Origin: Escherichia phage VerenaMeyer_Bas76
Sequence record: PQ850632.1
Length of the DNA: 43,821 nucleotides
Strand: one strand, 5' to 3'
The notes under the pieces: generated by a model
What the model saw: the letters and a program-made list of their open reading frames with translations, nothing else
The model's database searches: none
What the model was told of the DNA's origin: nothing
Program-made: the position numbers and the translations under genes
Shown: positions 42,811 through 43,821 of the stretch, piece after piece
Layout: every line of letters begins with the position of its first letter
How positions within the stretch are numbered: position 1 is the stretch's first letter

Positions 42811-42979
42811 GCCGGTAGTTATCGATGGCGTCCTGTGGAAACCTTACTCGGTTAACCACATCGACGCCGATGGGAAGAAGTTCAGTTTCTACATTTTTGC
42901 GATTAGCCGTGAGCACGCTGCGTGTGTAGTAGACGATATACGAGAAACGGCGTGGCTTGGCGATGAGATAGTGGGGTGA
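42797..42979 (+). CDS. hypothetical protein (60 aa)
   Basis: ATG 42797, in frame with ORF-track entry 42782..42979. Confidence 0.35.
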   Translation: MSTPEPVVIDGVLWKPYSVNHIDADGKKFSFYIFAISREHAACVVDDIRETAWLGDEIVG

Positions 42980-42983
42980 GAGC

Positions 42984-43067
42984 ATGAGTCTTGAGGCGGT
43001 TATTGGTCTTGTAGTGGCAAGCTATTTTATCGGCGTATTGGTTGGTTTTGTGTGGGGTCGAAAATAA
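42984..43067 (+). CDS. transmembrane micro-peptide (27 aa; below cutoff)
   Basis: Manual translation MSLEAVIGLVVASYFIGVLVGFVWGRK. TAATG overlap with the next gene. Confidence 0.3.
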   Translation: MSLEAVIGLVVASYFIGVLVGFVWGRK

Positions 43068-43348
43068 TGGCGCGTACTGTTGCATCGAGATTCACTGATA
43101 TTGAATCTGCGATAGAAGAGGCCGTCTATCGTAAATATGCAAACGCCAGTGAAACACAGAATTACGGTGTTATCTCGGTCAATGGCATGTTCGAAACACG
43201 CAGGGTGCGCGCTTGTCGACCGCAAGAGTTTATATGGTCTACAGAGGGGTTGGTTCCTCGGTGCCTCGTTCTTACTAACGGCAGCCATACGGTGTTCGTA
43301 GACCTGGATAAGAAAGACATAACGGTTACTAAGGGAGAGATTAATTGA
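43067..43348 (+). CDS. hypothetical protein (93 aa)
   Basis: ATG 43067, in frame with ORF-track entry 43052..43348. Confidence 0.4.
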   Translation: MARTVASRFTDIESAIEEAVYRKYANASETQNYGVISVNGMFETRRVRACRPQEFIWSTEGLVPRCLVLTNGSHTVFVDLDKKDITVTKGEIN

Positions 43349-43581
43349 TTACCAGCATTCCTAACCTTATTAAAGAATTTGGCACGATGGCGGAGACGTG
43401 CCGACAAACAGGCCTCAACGAAATGACGATTGCGAAGTACAGCAAAGACGTGAAATGCGAGCGCCACGTAATTTTTAACAACCGTCTGATGACGCACGTT
43501 AAGACAAGCCCGGTGTTATTCACGCGCCGGGGTATCACTAAAACAGAGCAACGTATTGCTAAAGAGGAGAGTGGAGAATGA
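43345..43581 (+). CDS. hypothetical protein with HTH-like segment (78 aa)
   Basis: TTG start after AGGGAGAG (ATG 43387 alternative). Segment GLNEMTIAKYSKD resembles an HTH. Confidence 0.35.
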   Translation: MITSIPNLIKEFGTMAETCRQTGLNEMTIAKYSKDVKCERHVIFNNRLMTHVKTSPVLFTRRGITKTEQRIAKEESGE

Positions 43582-43733
43582 AAAAGTTAACTATCTACTG
43601 GAAAACAGGGGCTACGTCAGAACTCGATGTTTTCAGCGTAACGCAGTGTGAAAAGTTCTGGTATGCCGAAACATTCAACGGTGAAGTGAGAATACCAATC
43701 GCACTGGTAGACGGCGGCGATATAACAGAATAA
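43578..43733 (+). CDS. hypothetical 51-aa protein (below cutoff)
   Basis: ATGA-coupled, ATG after GGAGAGTGGAGA. Last gene before the terminator. Confidence 0.35.
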   Translation: MKKLTIYWKTGATSELDVFSVTQCEKFWYAETFNGEVRIPIALVDGGDITE

Positions 43734-43742
43734 CCAACCCAC

Positions 43743-43766
43743 AAGCCCTCTACGGAGGGCTTTTCT
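43743..43766 (+). terminator. intrinsic terminator (AAGCCCTC-TACG-GAGGGCTT plus TTCTG)
   Basis: Hairpin directly after the last early gene. Confidence 0.55.
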
Positions 43767-43821
43767 GTACATCCCGCCCAATCCCCTTATATAATCCATT
43801 TAGACGCGTAGGGCGCGTCTG

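Overview
This window reads as a complete or near-complete genome (about 43.8 kb) of a virulent tailed phage with siphovirus-like gene order and enterobacterial-style sigma70 promoters and Shine-Dalgarno sites. No integrase, tRNA, rRNA or CRISPR array was found. All calls rest on motif recognition and gene order read directly from the sequence; no database search was possible.

Layout:
- 1-24.2 kb, plus strand: late structural block (small and large terminase, portal, head morphogenesis protein, Rz/Rz1-like spanins, scaffold, major capsid, two Ig-like proteins, neck and tail proteins, tape measure, M/L/K/J-like tail tip proteins, beta-helix tailspike).
- 24.2-36.3 kb, minus strand: replication block (SNF2 helicase, compact C5-cytosine methyltransferase, VRR-NUC nuclease, family A DNA polymerase, SSB-like protein, Cas4/RecB-like PD-(D/E)XK nuclease, acidic protein, primase-helicase, AlpA-like HTH), with one plus-strand XRE-type HTH gene at 33071-33286.
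- 36.6-43.7 kb, plus strand: early small-gene block interrupted by a holin / membrane protein / endolysin cassette at 40268-41304.

Most notable observations:
- An opposite-strand three-gene cassette sits inside the tail-gene block (12138-13971): a secreted protein, an HTH + calcineurin-like phosphoesterase, and a small protein. It carries its own copy of the phage's early promoter and is my best candidate for an undescribed accessory or anti-defence module.
- A second single-gene opposite-strand island lies in the head block (4881-5167).
- Two families of near-identical early promoters share an ACTATTCA box, and a 14-bp perfect palindrome of that box sits at 5221-5234.
- The spanin genes lie about 35 kb from the holin-endolysin cassette and are preceded by a promoter-leader-terminator unit.
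- The primase-helicase and the nuclease end in the same heptapeptide, VTEEDLE.
- The replication block contains chains of ATGA-coupled micro-ORFs.
- Several promoter-plus-terminator units could encode small RNAs.
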